The notes below the pieces were generated by a model. It searched no databases, was not told the origin of the DNA, and saw nothing but the letters and a program-made list of their open reading frames with translations. From a virus (taxonomy: Duplodnaviria > Heunggongvirae > Uroviricota > Caudoviricetes), in IMG/VR virus record IMGVR_UViG_647533159_000006: a stretch of DNA of 32,030 bases; one strand, written 5' to 3'. This document shows positions 1 to 8,565 of the stretch, piece after piece; positions within the stretch are counted from its first letter, which is position 1; each line of letters begins with the position of its first letter. A program made the position numbers and the translations under genes.

Positions 1-1011
1 TTATAACGTCACTCCGCCTTTTAGTGGATTCAGAGCGACGGCATTTTGCAGGTAGTCAGGCGCAAGGTGCGCATAGGCCATCGTCTGCTGAATGCTCGCA
101 TGTCCCAGAATCTGTTGCAGTGCGATTATATTGCCCCCGTTCATCATGAAATGGCTTGCGAATGTATGCCGCAGGATGTGGGTTGCCTGATTGGGTGGTA
201 TATCAGGTTTCACTCTGCGTAAAATCCCGCAAAATTTCTCATAATCAACTTTGAATAATTTGGCGCTTGCCTCCTCTTTAACTTTTTTCTCCAGTTCCTC
301 AGAAATCGGCACGGTTCGCTTTTTACCGTTTTTGGTTTTCAGGAAGGTAACCCTGCAATTTGTAATCTGTGCTGGTTTTAGCGTGGCAACTTCCGTCCAT
401 CTTCCTCCAGTGCTCAGACATAAAAGCGCGACAAGTAAGTCATCACCAGCCAAAACATTTAACAGTTTTTCGATTTCTGCTTTTTCCAGGAACGTCATTT
501 CAGGGTTGGCCTCCGCCAGTGGCGGCAGTCCGTGAATTGGGTGTTGCCCGGAAAATTCATCCAATTGAATTAATTTTGTGAACATGCCGGATAATCGGTA
601 CATGTCACGGTTTATCGTTGCGGCACTGATACCATCACGTAGTCGTATGGAACGATAATCCATCAAAGCCCTTTTGCTCATCCGGCTCACTGGTATATCA
701 CCTATGCCGCTGATGGTTTTGAGTAGATGATTAAACTCTTTTGTTCCATGCTCGTGGTTTTGCCCGTGATATTTCCACCAGATGTCCAGCAACTCACTCA
801 AAGTTCGGCGGTCTGCTCGCTGGCCTCCCCATTCTTTCTGACTGGCATTGGCGATTGTGTATCGCTCAAATGCTAGTGCTTCAGCTTTTCTTTCGAATTT
901 CCTGCGGATGCGTTTTCCGTCGCGACCGCGAGGTCTAATGTCCACTTCATAGCGACCATCATCGAGCTTCTTAATTGCCATAAGAAAGCCCTCCGGCGCT
1001 GTATTCACCAT
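1..1011 (-). CDS. int: Tyrosine integrase (P2 Int-like)
   Basis: 336-aa minus-strand ORF; C-terminal catalytic region with ...HILRHTFASHFMMNGGNIIALQQILGHASIQQTMAYAHLAP (R..HxxR..Y tyrosine recombinase signature); sits at the prophage end next to the repressor. Confidence 0.9.
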   Translation of the reverse strand: MVNTAPEGFLMAIKKLDDGRYEVDIRPRGRDGKRIRRKFERKAEALAFERYTIANASQKEWGGQRADRRTLSELLDIWWKYHGQNHEHGTKEFNHLLKTISGIGDIPVSRMSKRALMDYRSIRLRDGISAATINRDMYRLSGMFTKLIQLDEFSGQHPIHGLPPLAEANPEMTFLEKAEIEKLLNVLAGDDLLVALLCLSTGGRWTEVATLKPAQITNCRVTFLKTKNGKKRTVPISEELEKKVKEEASAKLFKVDYEKFCGILRRVKPDIPPNQATHILRHTFASHFMMNGGNIIALQQILGHASIQQTMAYAHLAPDYLQNAVALNPLKGGVTL

Positions 1012-1050
1012 CTTGGTAGCAAATGGTGAAAATGTAATCTTTATATAGAG

Positions 1051-1344
1051 TTAGCCAATCCTTTTCGCGGAGTGGTTGGACTCTGTTGACTCTGGCCCAA
1101 TGTGCGCGAGAGCCGGTGCGATTTGTCCTGCGTCCGGCGCGGTTTTATCTGTCATAAGCCATAGAGCATATTTTTGGAATGTGGGATGCATAGTGATTTT
1201 TAGCAAAGCTGTGCCACCGGGTTCAAAGTTTCCTCCTTCATATTTTTTAAGTGTGCTTAGCGGTAACTCTATGATTTCACAGAATTTTGATTGGCTTAGC
1301 CCTTCAGCCTCACGCAAGGCCTTAATCTTTTCGCTTAATTTCAT
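1051..1344 (-). CDS. C: Immunity repressor (P2 C-like, HTH)
   Basis: 97-aa ORF with an N-terminal helix-turn-helix-like segment (LSQSKFCEIIELPLSTLKKYEGG); divergent from cox across an operator-containing intergenic region. Confidence 0.8.
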   Translation of the reverse strand: MKLSEKIKALREAEGLSQSKFCEIIELPLSTLKKYEGGNFEPGGTALLKITMHPTFQKYALWLMTDKTAPDAGQIAPALAHIGPESTESNHSAKRIG

Positions 1345-1465
1345 TTGACATGGTGCCTATATAGGGACTAAATTCCCTCAAAACTGGAACCTATATAGGT
1401 TCCATTGATTTGAGAATAAACCAGCGTCTAAACGGTTTTGAGTGGTTTAGAAAGGGCTGGATCCT
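1345..1465. promoter_or_regulatory. C/cox divergent promoter-operator region with repeated palindromic motif cctatatagg
   Basis: cctatatagg occurs at 1356..1365 and 1390..1399; the second copy lies within a perfect 18-bp palindrome ggaacctatataggttcc (1386..1403). Located between the divergent repressor and cox genes. Confidence 0.55.
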
Positions 1466-1753
1466 ATGAGGGTACCATATATGGACGCTGAAAATTATGT
1501 GATTCAGTATCCGCTTGATGCGGTTCATGTGGATAAATTTGCTGATTTATTAGGGAAGCCAAAGACAGCCGTCAGTGAAATGGTGAAGGCAAATAAATTA
1601 CCAATTATTGAATTGCGTGATCCTTGCAAACCGAAGGCTCGTGCCGGTGAAAAATGGGTTTTCATTCCTGAGTTTAATCGCGCTGTACGTGAGGCGTTTT
1701 ATAACCGACCGGTTGAACAGCGTGATGCATGGCTTTTGTGGATGGGGTTGTGA
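1466..1753 (+). CDS. cox: Cox-like excisionase / early-promoter regulator
   Basis: 95-aa ORF divergent from the repressor, at the P2 cox position. Confidence 0.7.
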   Translation: MRVPYMDAENYVIQYPLDAVHVDKFADLLGKPKTAVSEMVKANKLPIIELRDPCKPKARAGEKWVFIPEFNRAVREAFYNRPVEQRDAWLLWMGL

Positions 1754-1755
1754 TT

Positions 1756-1926
1756 ATGAATGAGCCGCGTTGTATTGCTCAGTTACTGCGTAACGAAAGC
1801 CCCAGGGCGATTGACTTCACCATCACCCACGGGAAGGGGCGCAAGGGAATCATTATCCGCACCAAAAAGCAGAGTCCGTTAAAGAAGGCTCTGACCTTTC
1901 TGAAAAGCCGGAGGGTATGGAAATGA
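1756..1926 (+). CDS. Small early protein (P2 orf78 position)
   Basis: ATG at 1756 (MNEPRC...) directly after the cox stop; the track ORF begins at 1729 in the same frame. Confidence 0.45.
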   Translation: MNEPRCIAQLLRNESPRAIDFTITHGKGRKGIIIRTKKQSPLKKALTFLKSRRVWK

Positions 1927-2423
1927 CAGTGATGACGCTTAATCTCGTTGAAAAACAGCCAGCAGCTATGCGCCGGATAATTGGTAAGCATCTTGCCGTC
2001 CCTCGCTGGCAGGATACATGTGATTATTATAATCAGATGATGGAGCGCGAACGGTTAACGGTTTGCTTTCATGCGCAGTTAAAACAGCGTCACGCAACGA
2101 TGCGTTTTGAAGAAATGAACGACGTCGAACGTGAACGGCTGGTTTGTGCAATTGATGAATTGCGTGGGGCATTCTCAAAACGCCGTCAGGTTGGCGCAAG
2201 TGAGTATGCATATATTAGTTTTTTAACAGTCAGTCAGCGTCGTACTTTATTTATGCATGCCGGATTGACTGAAAAAGAATTCAACCAGCCATACTGGCGA
2301 ATTAATGAAGAATCATGTTACTGGCGTGATGCTTTATTCCGTGCATTACGTGAATTATTCAGCCTGTTTGAGTACGCACCGACAATTCTGACGTCGGTAA
2401 AACCAGAGCAATATCTGCATTAA
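1917..2423 (+). CDS. B: Replication protein B-like
   Basis: 168-aa ORF at the P2 B position in the early operon. Confidence 0.65.
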   Translation: MEMTVMTLNLVEKQPAAMRRIIGKHLAVPRWQDTCDYYNQMMERERLTVCFHAQLKQRHATMRFEEMNDVERERLVCAIDELRGAFSKRRQVGASEYAYISFLTVSQRRTLFMHAGLTEKEFNQPYWRINEESCYWRDALFRALRELFSLFEYAPTILTSVKPEQYLH

Positions 2424-2486
2424 ATAATTAACCAGAGTTTTTAACGCACTTAATCGTGCGGGGCTTCTTTTTGCCTGGAGAAAGTC

Positions 2487-2711
2487 ATGCATACAGTTTC
2501 TGAAAATCAGTGCGGTAAATACGCATTACTGCTGCAACAGGCCAGAACCGAAGCACAGGCCGACGCTGCGACGCGCTTTTCTTCTCATCTTGACGCCATG
2601 ATTCGCCACATCACAAAGGCGGAGTTATCCCGCGTGGAGATAGTCGAGCTGCTCAGTCAGGAGTCGGAAAAATTTCACAACATCGGATTGTCTCGCGGGG
2701 AGGTGCTTTGA
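2487..2711 (+). CDS. Hypothetical early protein (P2 orf80 position)
   Basis: 74-aa ORF in the early operon, same strand, stop overlapping the next start. Confidence 0.5.
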   Translation: MHTVSENQCGKYALLLQQARTEAQADAATRFSSHLDAMIRHITKAELSRVEIVELLSQESEKFHNIGLSRGEVL

Positions 2712-3013
2712 TGTCCTGTTCTCATTCAGTTGTATTACTGAACAATGCCTTAAAAATCGCCGTTATGAAAAATGGCGATTTGTCTCTTATTCAACTTGGT
2801 CTTGATAAAGAAAAACGCGAAATAACTGAATCTGTTATCGCGATTTATCAGAGTGAATTAAACCTCCTGTCTGATGTGGTCAATTTACTTGTTAAACGCG
2901 CTGTATTTCACAAGCAAATTTCCTCCGTGGATGAACTGACGAAATTAACGACAGAAATCGCCAGCTATTGCGCTGATGAATTTAAAAAACTGAACGACAA
3001 AAGGAACTGGTAA
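2708..3013 (+). CDS. Hypothetical early protein (P2 orf81 position)
   Basis: 101-aa ORF translationally coupled to its neighbours (start and stop codon overlaps). Confidence 0.5.
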   Translation: MMSCSHSVVLLNNALKIAVMKNGDLSLIQLGLDKEKREITESVIAIYQSELNLLSDVVNLLVKRAVFHKQISSVDELTKLTTEIASYCADEFKKLNDKRNW

Positions 3014-3237
3014 TGCCGGACAACGTAGATTTTATTCAGGAACAACAGGCTGAATTACTGGAGCGCCAGATTAACGCGGCAAGGGTAAAACATTGTGGTG
3101 CTTCTGCGCTGGTTTGCGAAGAGTGTGACGCGCCAATACCTGCTGCCCGTCGTGCGGCTTATCCGTCAGCCACGCGTTGTGTTTCCTGTCAGTCAGTCTT
3201 TGAAGCAAAAAACAAACATTACCGGAGAACGGCATGA
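3013..3237 (+). CDS. TraR/DksA-family C4 zinc-finger protein (P2 orf82 position)
   Basis: 74 aa with CxxC...CxxC (CEECDAPIPAARRAAYPSATRCVSCQ), typical of TraR/DksA-type zinc fingers. Confidence 0.6.
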   Translation: MPDNVDFIQEQQAELLERQINAARVKHCGASALVCEECDAPIPAARRAAYPSATRCVSCQSVFEAKNKHYRRTA

Positions 3238-3509
3238 GTATTCGTATTGAAATTGGCGAACGTTATGTCGTTACCAGTGACAGCTTTCAGTTTATTCTCC
3301 ACGAGAAAAAGAGAGCTGAAAGCGGTAAAAATGCCGGTCAGGAATGGCTGGCGGTAGTTGGTTATTACCCGAAATTAAGCCAGCTCGTTTCCGGCCTGAT
3401 GCATCACGATATTCTGACCGGAAGCGCAAAATCTTTTGCTGATTTAAACGCGCAGGTTGAGCAACTCAGCAAGCGTTGTTCAGAGGCTTTTGGCTCACAT
3501 GGCCGTTAA
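3234..3509 (+). CDS. Hypothetical early protein (P2 orf83 position)
   Basis: 91-aa ORF coupled to orf82 and overlapping the start of A. Confidence 0.5.
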   Translation: MSIRIEIGERYVVTSDSFQFILHEKKRAESGKNAGQEWLAVVGYYPKLSQLVSGLMHHDILTGSAKSFADLNAQVEQLSKRCSEAFGSHGR

Positions 3510-5784
3510 AGCCTCCGGGCATTTTGTCCCTCCGTCAGCATTTGCCGCAGGCACCGGTAAGACGTTTACCGGTGCTTATGCATGGAACGCGCCACGCGAG
3601 GCCGTCGGGCGCGAAAGACCTCTTACACGTGACGAGATGCGTCAGGTGCAAGGTGTTTTATCCACGATTAACCGCCTGCCTTACTTTTTGCGCTCGCTGT
3701 TTACTTCACGCTATGACTACATCCGGCGCAATAAAAGCCCGGTGCACGGGTTTTATTTCCTCACATCCACTTTTCAGCGTCGTTTATGGCCGCGCATTGA
3801 GCGTGTGAATCAGCGCCATGAAATGAACACCGACGCGTCGTTGCTGTTTCTGGCAGAGCGTGAGCACTATGCGCGCCTGCCGGGAATGAATGACAAGGAG
3901 CTGAAAAAGTTTGCCGCCCGTATCTCATCGCAGCTTTTCATAATGTATGAGGAACTCTGCGATGCCTGGGTGGATGCGCATGGCGAGAAAGAATCGCTGT
4001 TTACGGATGAGGCGCAGGCTCACCTGTATGGTCATGTTGCTGGCGCTGCACGTGCTTTCAATATTTCCCCGCTCTACTGGAAAAAATACCGTAAAGGGCA
4101 GATGACCACGAGGCAGGCATATTCTGCCATTGCCCGTCTGTTTAACGATGAGTGGTGGACTCATCAGCTTAAAGGCCAGCGTATGCGCTGGCATGAGGCG
4201 TTACTGATTGCTGTCGGGGAGGTCAATAAAGACCGTTCTCCTTATGCCAGTAAACATGCCATTCGTGATGTGCGTGCGCGCCGCCAGGCAAATCTGGAAT
4301 TTCTTAAATCGTGTGACCTTGAAAACAAGGAAACCGGCGAGCGCATCGACCTTATCAGTAAGGTGATGGGCAGTATTTCTAATCCAGAAATTCGCCGGAT
4401 GGAGCTGATGAACACCATCGCCGGTATTGAGCGTTACGCTGCCGCAGAGGGTGATGTGGGGATGTTTATCACGCTGACCGCGCCGTCAAAGTATCACCCG
4501 ACACGTCAGGTCAGAAAAGGCGAAAGTAAAACCGTCCAGCTAAATCACGGCTGGAATGATGAGGCATTTAATCCAAAGGATGCGCAGCGTTATCTCTGCC
4601 GTATCTGGAGCCTGATGCGCACGGCATTCAAGGATAATGATTTACAGGCCTACGGTTTGCGTGTTGTTGAACCACACCACGACGGAACGCCGCACTGGCA
4701 TATGATGCTTTTTTGTAATCCACGCCAGCGTAACCAGATTATTGAAATCATGCGTCGCTACGCGCTCAAAGAGGATGGAGACGAAAGAGGAGCCGCGCGA
4801 AACCGTTTTCAGGCAAAACATCTTAACCGGGGCGGTGCTGCGGGGTATATCGCGAAATACATCTCAAAAAATATCGACGGCTATGCACTGGATGGTCAGC
4901 TCGATAATGATACCGGCAGACCGCTGAAAGATACTGCCGCGGCTGTTACCGCATGGGCGTCAACGTGGCGCATCCCGCAATTTAAAACGGTTGGTCTGCC
5001 GACAATGGGGGCTTACCGTGAACTACGCAAATTGCCTCGCGGCGTCAGCATTGCTGATGAGTTTGACGAGCGCGTCGAGGCTGCACGCGCCGCTGCAGAC
5101 AGTGGTGATTTTGCGTTGTATATCAGCGCGCAGGGCGGGGCAAATGTCCCGCGCGATTGTCAGACTGTCAGGGTCGCCCGTAGCCCGTCGGATGAAGTTA
5201 ACGAGTACGAGGAAGAAGTCGAGAGAGTGGTCGGCATTTACGCGCCGCATCTCGGCGCGCGTCATATTCATATCACCAGAACCACGGACTGGCGCATTGT
5301 GCCGAAAGTGCCGGTCGTTGAGCCTTTGACTTTAAAAAGCGGCATCGCCGCGCCTCGGAGTCCTGTCAATAACTGTGGAAAGCTCACCGGTGGTGATACT
5401 TCGTTACCGGCTCCCACGCCTTCTGAGCACGCCGCAGCAGTGCTTAATCTGGTTGATGACGGTGTTATCGAATGGAATGACCCGGAGGTCGTGAGGGCGC
5501 TCAGGGGCGCATTAAAACACGGCCTGAGAAGACCAAATCGTCAGCAAAGAAACGGAAGCCCGTTAAAACCGCATGAAATTGCACCATCGGCCAGACTGAC
5601 CCGGTCTGAACGATTGCAAATCACCCGTATCCGCGTTGACCTTGCTCAGAACGGTATCAGGCCGCAGCGATGGGAGCTTGAGGCGCTGGCGCGTGGCGTG
5701 ACCGTAAATTATGACGGGAAAAAATTCACGTATCCGGTCGCTGATGAGTGGCCGGGGTTCTCAAAAGTAATGGAGTGGACATAA
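3499..5784 (+). CDS. A: Replication initiation protein A (rolling-circle HUH endonuclease)
   Basis: ATG at 3499 (MAVKASGHFVPP...) gives 761 aa; contains the HUH motif (PHWHMMLF) and a tyrosine pair (GYIAKYISK) typical of rolling-circle initiators; the track ORF starts upstream at 3457 in frame. Confidence 0.9.
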   Translation: MAVKASGHFVPPSAFAAGTGKTFTGAYAWNAPREAVGRERPLTRDEMRQVQGVLSTINRLPYFLRSLFTSRYDYIRRNKSPVHGFYFLTSTFQRRLWPRIERVNQRHEMNTDASLLFLAEREHYARLPGMNDKELKKFAARISSQLFIMYEELCDAWVDAHGEKESLFTDEAQAHLYGHVAGAARAFNISPLYWKKYRKGQMTTRQAYSAIARLFNDEWWTHQLKGQRMRWHEALLIAVGEVNKDRSPYASKHAIRDVRARRQANLEFLKSCDLENKETGERIDLISKVMGSISNPEIRRMELMNTIAGIERYAAAEGDVGMFITLTAPSKYHPTRQVRKGESKTVQLNHGWNDEAFNPKDAQRYLCRIWSLMRTAFKDNDLQAYGLRVVEPHHDGTPHWHMMLFCNPRQRNQIIEIMRRYALKEDGDERGAARNRFQAKHLNRGGAAGYIAKYISKNIDGYALDGQLDNDTGRPLKDTAAAVTAWASTWRIPQFKTVGLPTMGAYRELRKLPRGVSIADEFDERVEAARAAADSGDFALYISAQGGANVPRDCQTVRVARSPSDEVNEYEEEVERVVGIYAPHLGARHIHITRTTDWRIVPKVPVVEPLTLKSGIAAPRSPVNNCGKLTGGDTSLPAPTPSEHAAAVLNLVDDGVIEWNDPEVVRALRGALKHGLRRPNRQQRNGSPLKPHEIAPSARLTRSERLQITRIRVDLAQNGIRPQRWELEALARGVTVNYDGKKFTYPVADEWPGFSKVMEWT

Positions 5785-6233
5785 TGGCAAAAATTCACGA
5801 GGTAAAGCTGCACGCAAAATATTTTGACCTTGTACTGGAAGGAAAGAAACGAGCAGAGTTTCGTAAAAATGACCGTAATTATGAGTGCGGGGACACGTTG
5901 ATTTTGCATGAATGGGTGCAGGGGGTGTATACGGGGCGAAAGGTTGAAACCCGGATAACGGATGTTACTGACCTGTCAGACTGGATGGAAGGTTATGTCT
6001 TGCTAAGTATTGAGCTGCTTAATACAGGCGCATATGAGATTGTGAACTGGAAAGAACTTAGTGAGCGTGGTCTGGTATTCAGAATTAATCATGACATTAT
6101 GCATCAGCTCGGCCTTGCTGTTATGTATGAACCAGAGACGGGGATGTCTGGCGGGGCAATGGTTGCCACGGATGGAGCATGGAACTATTCAGATGAACAG
6201 ATGGAGCATGCAAAGCAAAATGGGTGGTTTTGA
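5785..6233 (+). CDS. ASCH/DUF3850-like (PUA-fold) domain protein
   Basis: ATG at 5785 immediately after the A stop (MAKIHEVKLHAKYFDLVLEGKKRAEFRKNDRNYECGDTLILHEW...), a pattern I recognise as DUF3850/ASCH-like; this is a motif-level call. Confidence 0.45.
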
Positions 6234-6235
6234 AA

Positions 6236-6472
6236 ATGCACAGAATACCGGGTGAGATACCGCTGCATAACACTAAAAATATCAAGCTGATGGCCATTGT
6301 TCACCGTCTACAACAGATTATGGTCAATGAGAATCTGACGCCCGATGAGCTAGTCGGGTGCGCTGAAATTGTCAGGGATAATTACGGACGGTTCAACGAT
6401 ATCAGTCGACCGAAAGTTAAGACATATCAACCATATAATATGCTTAAACAACCACCACGCAGGCTTGAGTAA
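6236..6472 (+). CDS. Hypothetical small protein
   Basis: 78-aa ORF from the ATG at 6236 (track ORF 6224..6472); no recognisable motif. Confidence 0.35.
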   Translation: MHRIPGEIPLHNTKNIKLMAIVHRLQQIMVNENLTPDELVGCAEIVRDNYGRFNDISRPKVKTYQPYNMLKQPPRRLE

Positions 6473-6613
6473 ACGCCGCTAGTGCTGAAACTTGCTTTCT
6501 GGGCTAGCGGCGTTGAACAACGAGCGTAGTGAGGCGTTAGTTATGTAAAGTTAAAGTAATTTAAAACAGTATATTAGTGGAAAGGATGTTGAGAGTATTC
6601 GGTTACGAGAGGG

Positions 6614-6651
6614 AATGGATGTATTTACAGAAAATGGATGTATTTACAGAA
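6614..6651. repeat. Perfect 19-bp tandem direct repeat (aatggatgtatttacagaa x2)
   Basis: Read directly: 6614..6632 and 6633..6651 are identical; lies in the AT-rich intergenic region about 140 bp upstream of the methyltransferase start. Confidence 0.8.
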
Positions 6652-6793
6652 ATTGTTGGATTAATTGTAGTAAAGCTAGGATAGGATAAGGCCTTAGGGC
6701 TGGATGTGGGGAGCCTTCTTGTAGTTTGCTAAAACGCTCGAGATTTTTGAAGGATACAGTTATACTCTGCCGGAGGATGAATCGGAGACTAAA

Positions 6794-7831
6794 ATGGCGG
6801 TAAAAGTTGTTGATCTTTTTTGTGGTGCTGGCGGGCTTACTCATGGCTTAAAGCAAGCCGGATTAGATGTAGTCGCTGGTATTGATATAGAGAGTGCATG
6901 CCGGGTTGCTTATGAAAGTAATAACAGTGCGCTTTTTATTGAAAAAGATATTTCTCTGGTGACCAAAGACGAGCTTAACGATCTTTTTGAAGGTGCGCAG
7001 GTCAGGGTGTTGGCTGGTTGTGCGCCGTGCCAACCTTTTTCAAGGTATACGCAAGGGCGCGATAAGAAAAATGATAAAAAGTGGCCTCTTCTTTATGAAT
7101 TTGAACGTTTAATTCGAGGGGTTAATCCAGAGATCGTTACAATGGAAAATGTGCCTGATGTAACGAAGCATTCTGTTTATAGTGACTTCTATAATAGTTT
7201 AGAGGCATTGGGTTATCATGTCTGGGCCGGAAAGGTTGAATGTGTAGATTATGGTGTTCCGCAAAATAGAGTAAGGCATGTATTATTGGCATCTAAATTT
7301 GCGCCGCTTTCATTTGTAAAACCAAAAGTAGAAAAGGCGGTGACGGTAAAAGAATGCATTGGCGGACTTCCTCCATTAAAGGCAGGTCAAACGGATCCTG
7401 TTGATCCTTTACATAAAGCAAGTAAATTAAGTGATATAAATCTAAAACGTATTGCTTGCTCTAAACCAGGAGGGACATGGCGAGACTGGCCAGTAGAGTT
7501 GATTGCATCATGCCACATAAAGAAAAGTGGGCAAGGTTATGCTAGTGTATACGGACGTATGGATTGGGATAAACCAAGTCCTACAATTACTACGCTATGT
7601 TATGGTTTTGGAAATGGCAGATTTGGTCATCCAGAGCAAAATCGTGCAATTTCTCTGAGAGAGGCTGCATTGTTGCAAACGTTTCCAAAGGATTACGTTT
7701 TTACTGCACCCAATGAGAAAGTATCTATAAAGAATGTTGGTAGGATGATTGGTAATGCAGTACCGGTAAAACTAGGTGAGGTTATAGGTGAGTCAATTAT
7801 AACTCACCTAAAAGAGCACAATATAGTTTAA
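6794..7831 (+). CDS. DNA (cytosine-5)-methyltransferase
   Basis: 345 aa with canonical C5-MTase motifs: I DLFCGAGG, IV PCQPFS, VI ENV, VIII QNRVR, X GNAVP; GGAG Shine-Dalgarno 7 nt upstream of the ATG. Confidence 0.9.
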   Translation: MAVKVVDLFCGAGGLTHGLKQAGLDVVAGIDIESACRVAYESNNSALFIEKDISLVTKDELNDLFEGAQVRVLAGCAPCQPFSRYTQGRDKKNDKKWPLLYEFERLIRGVNPEIVTMENVPDVTKHSVYSDFYNSLEALGYHVWAGKVECVDYGVPQNRVRHVLLASKFAPLSFVKPKVEKAVTVKECIGGLPPLKAGQTDPVDPLHKASKLSDINLKRIACSKPGGTWRDWPVELIASCHIKKSGQGYASVYGRMDWDKPSPTITTLCYGFGNGRFGHPEQNRAISLREAALLQTFPKDYVFTAPNEKVSIKNVGRMIGNAVPVKLGEVIGESIITHLKEHNIV

Positions 7832-8559
7832 GCATGTAGTCTTGATGATCGTATGTATAAGCGATCATCAAGGTATTTTTGTATGTTTTCTAGTATTTCT
7901 TCTAGGTAATGGAAAACTTCATTTTTAAGAAGTTCAAGGTTGTCAATAGACGTTTCTTGACCCTTGTTTAAAAAGGATTCTGAACCATGTGCCAATGCAT
8001 TTCTTGCTTTTTTTATGTTTACTAAATTTCCACCATTATGAGTTTTTGAACGATCTGTTTGATAGGAAAAACCATAGATATTAGCAACATCCCTAATTTT
8101 CTGTGCGTCAACATTTCCCGAAAATAGGGGGTTTTTATCTGCTTGAACTTGTTTTTTGTGTTCCTCTAGCCATTTTTTTAGAACTAGTTTTGCTATATCA
8201 CCTTGTGAAAAATCCATGTCACTCACCATATGATGGTCTAATTTTTTTAAGGCAAGCTTTGTTAAACTTTCGCAAATCTTATCGACACAAAGATCATCGC
8301 ACGAATTAAGTTCATTATGTATGTCTTCAATAGCATTAGATATAGTGGCTTCAATTAAGTTATATAATATAATAAACGCATTGGCTTTAAGGATATGCGT
8401 CATTTCGATATCGATTTCGCGGTGTTTACATTCGCCTGCTGTGCGATCTTTGTACGAGAAAGTTGGTCTCTCATCAATAATGAATTTAACAAAATTAAAA
8501 TATTTTTCTATATCTTCTTTTCTTTCAGAAAATAAAATTTTGCTGTTCATAATGACCAC
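7828..8559 (-). CDS. HEPN-like protein with Rx4H motif (putative RNase/effector), second gene of the DUF262 operon
   Basis: 243-aa ORF (GTG start 8559 with GGAG upstream; alternative ATG at 8550); C-terminal KKARNALAHG matches the HEPN Rx4-6H signature; 6 bp downstream of the DUF262 gene on the same strand; 3' end overlaps the MTase 3' end by 4 bp. Confidence 0.55.
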   Translation of the reverse strand: MVIMNSKILFSERKEDIEKYFNFVKFIIDERPTFSYKDRTAGECKHREIDIEMTHILKANAFIILYNLIEATISNAIEDIHNELNSCDDLCVDKICESLTKLALKKLDHHMVSDMDFSQGDIAKLVLKKWLEEHKKQVQADKNPLFSGNVDAQKIRDVANIYGFSYQTDRSKTHNGGNLVNIKKARNALAHGSESFLNKGQETSIDNLELLKNEVFHYLEEILENIQKYLDDRLYIRSSRLHA

Positions 8560-8565
8560 GGATAG

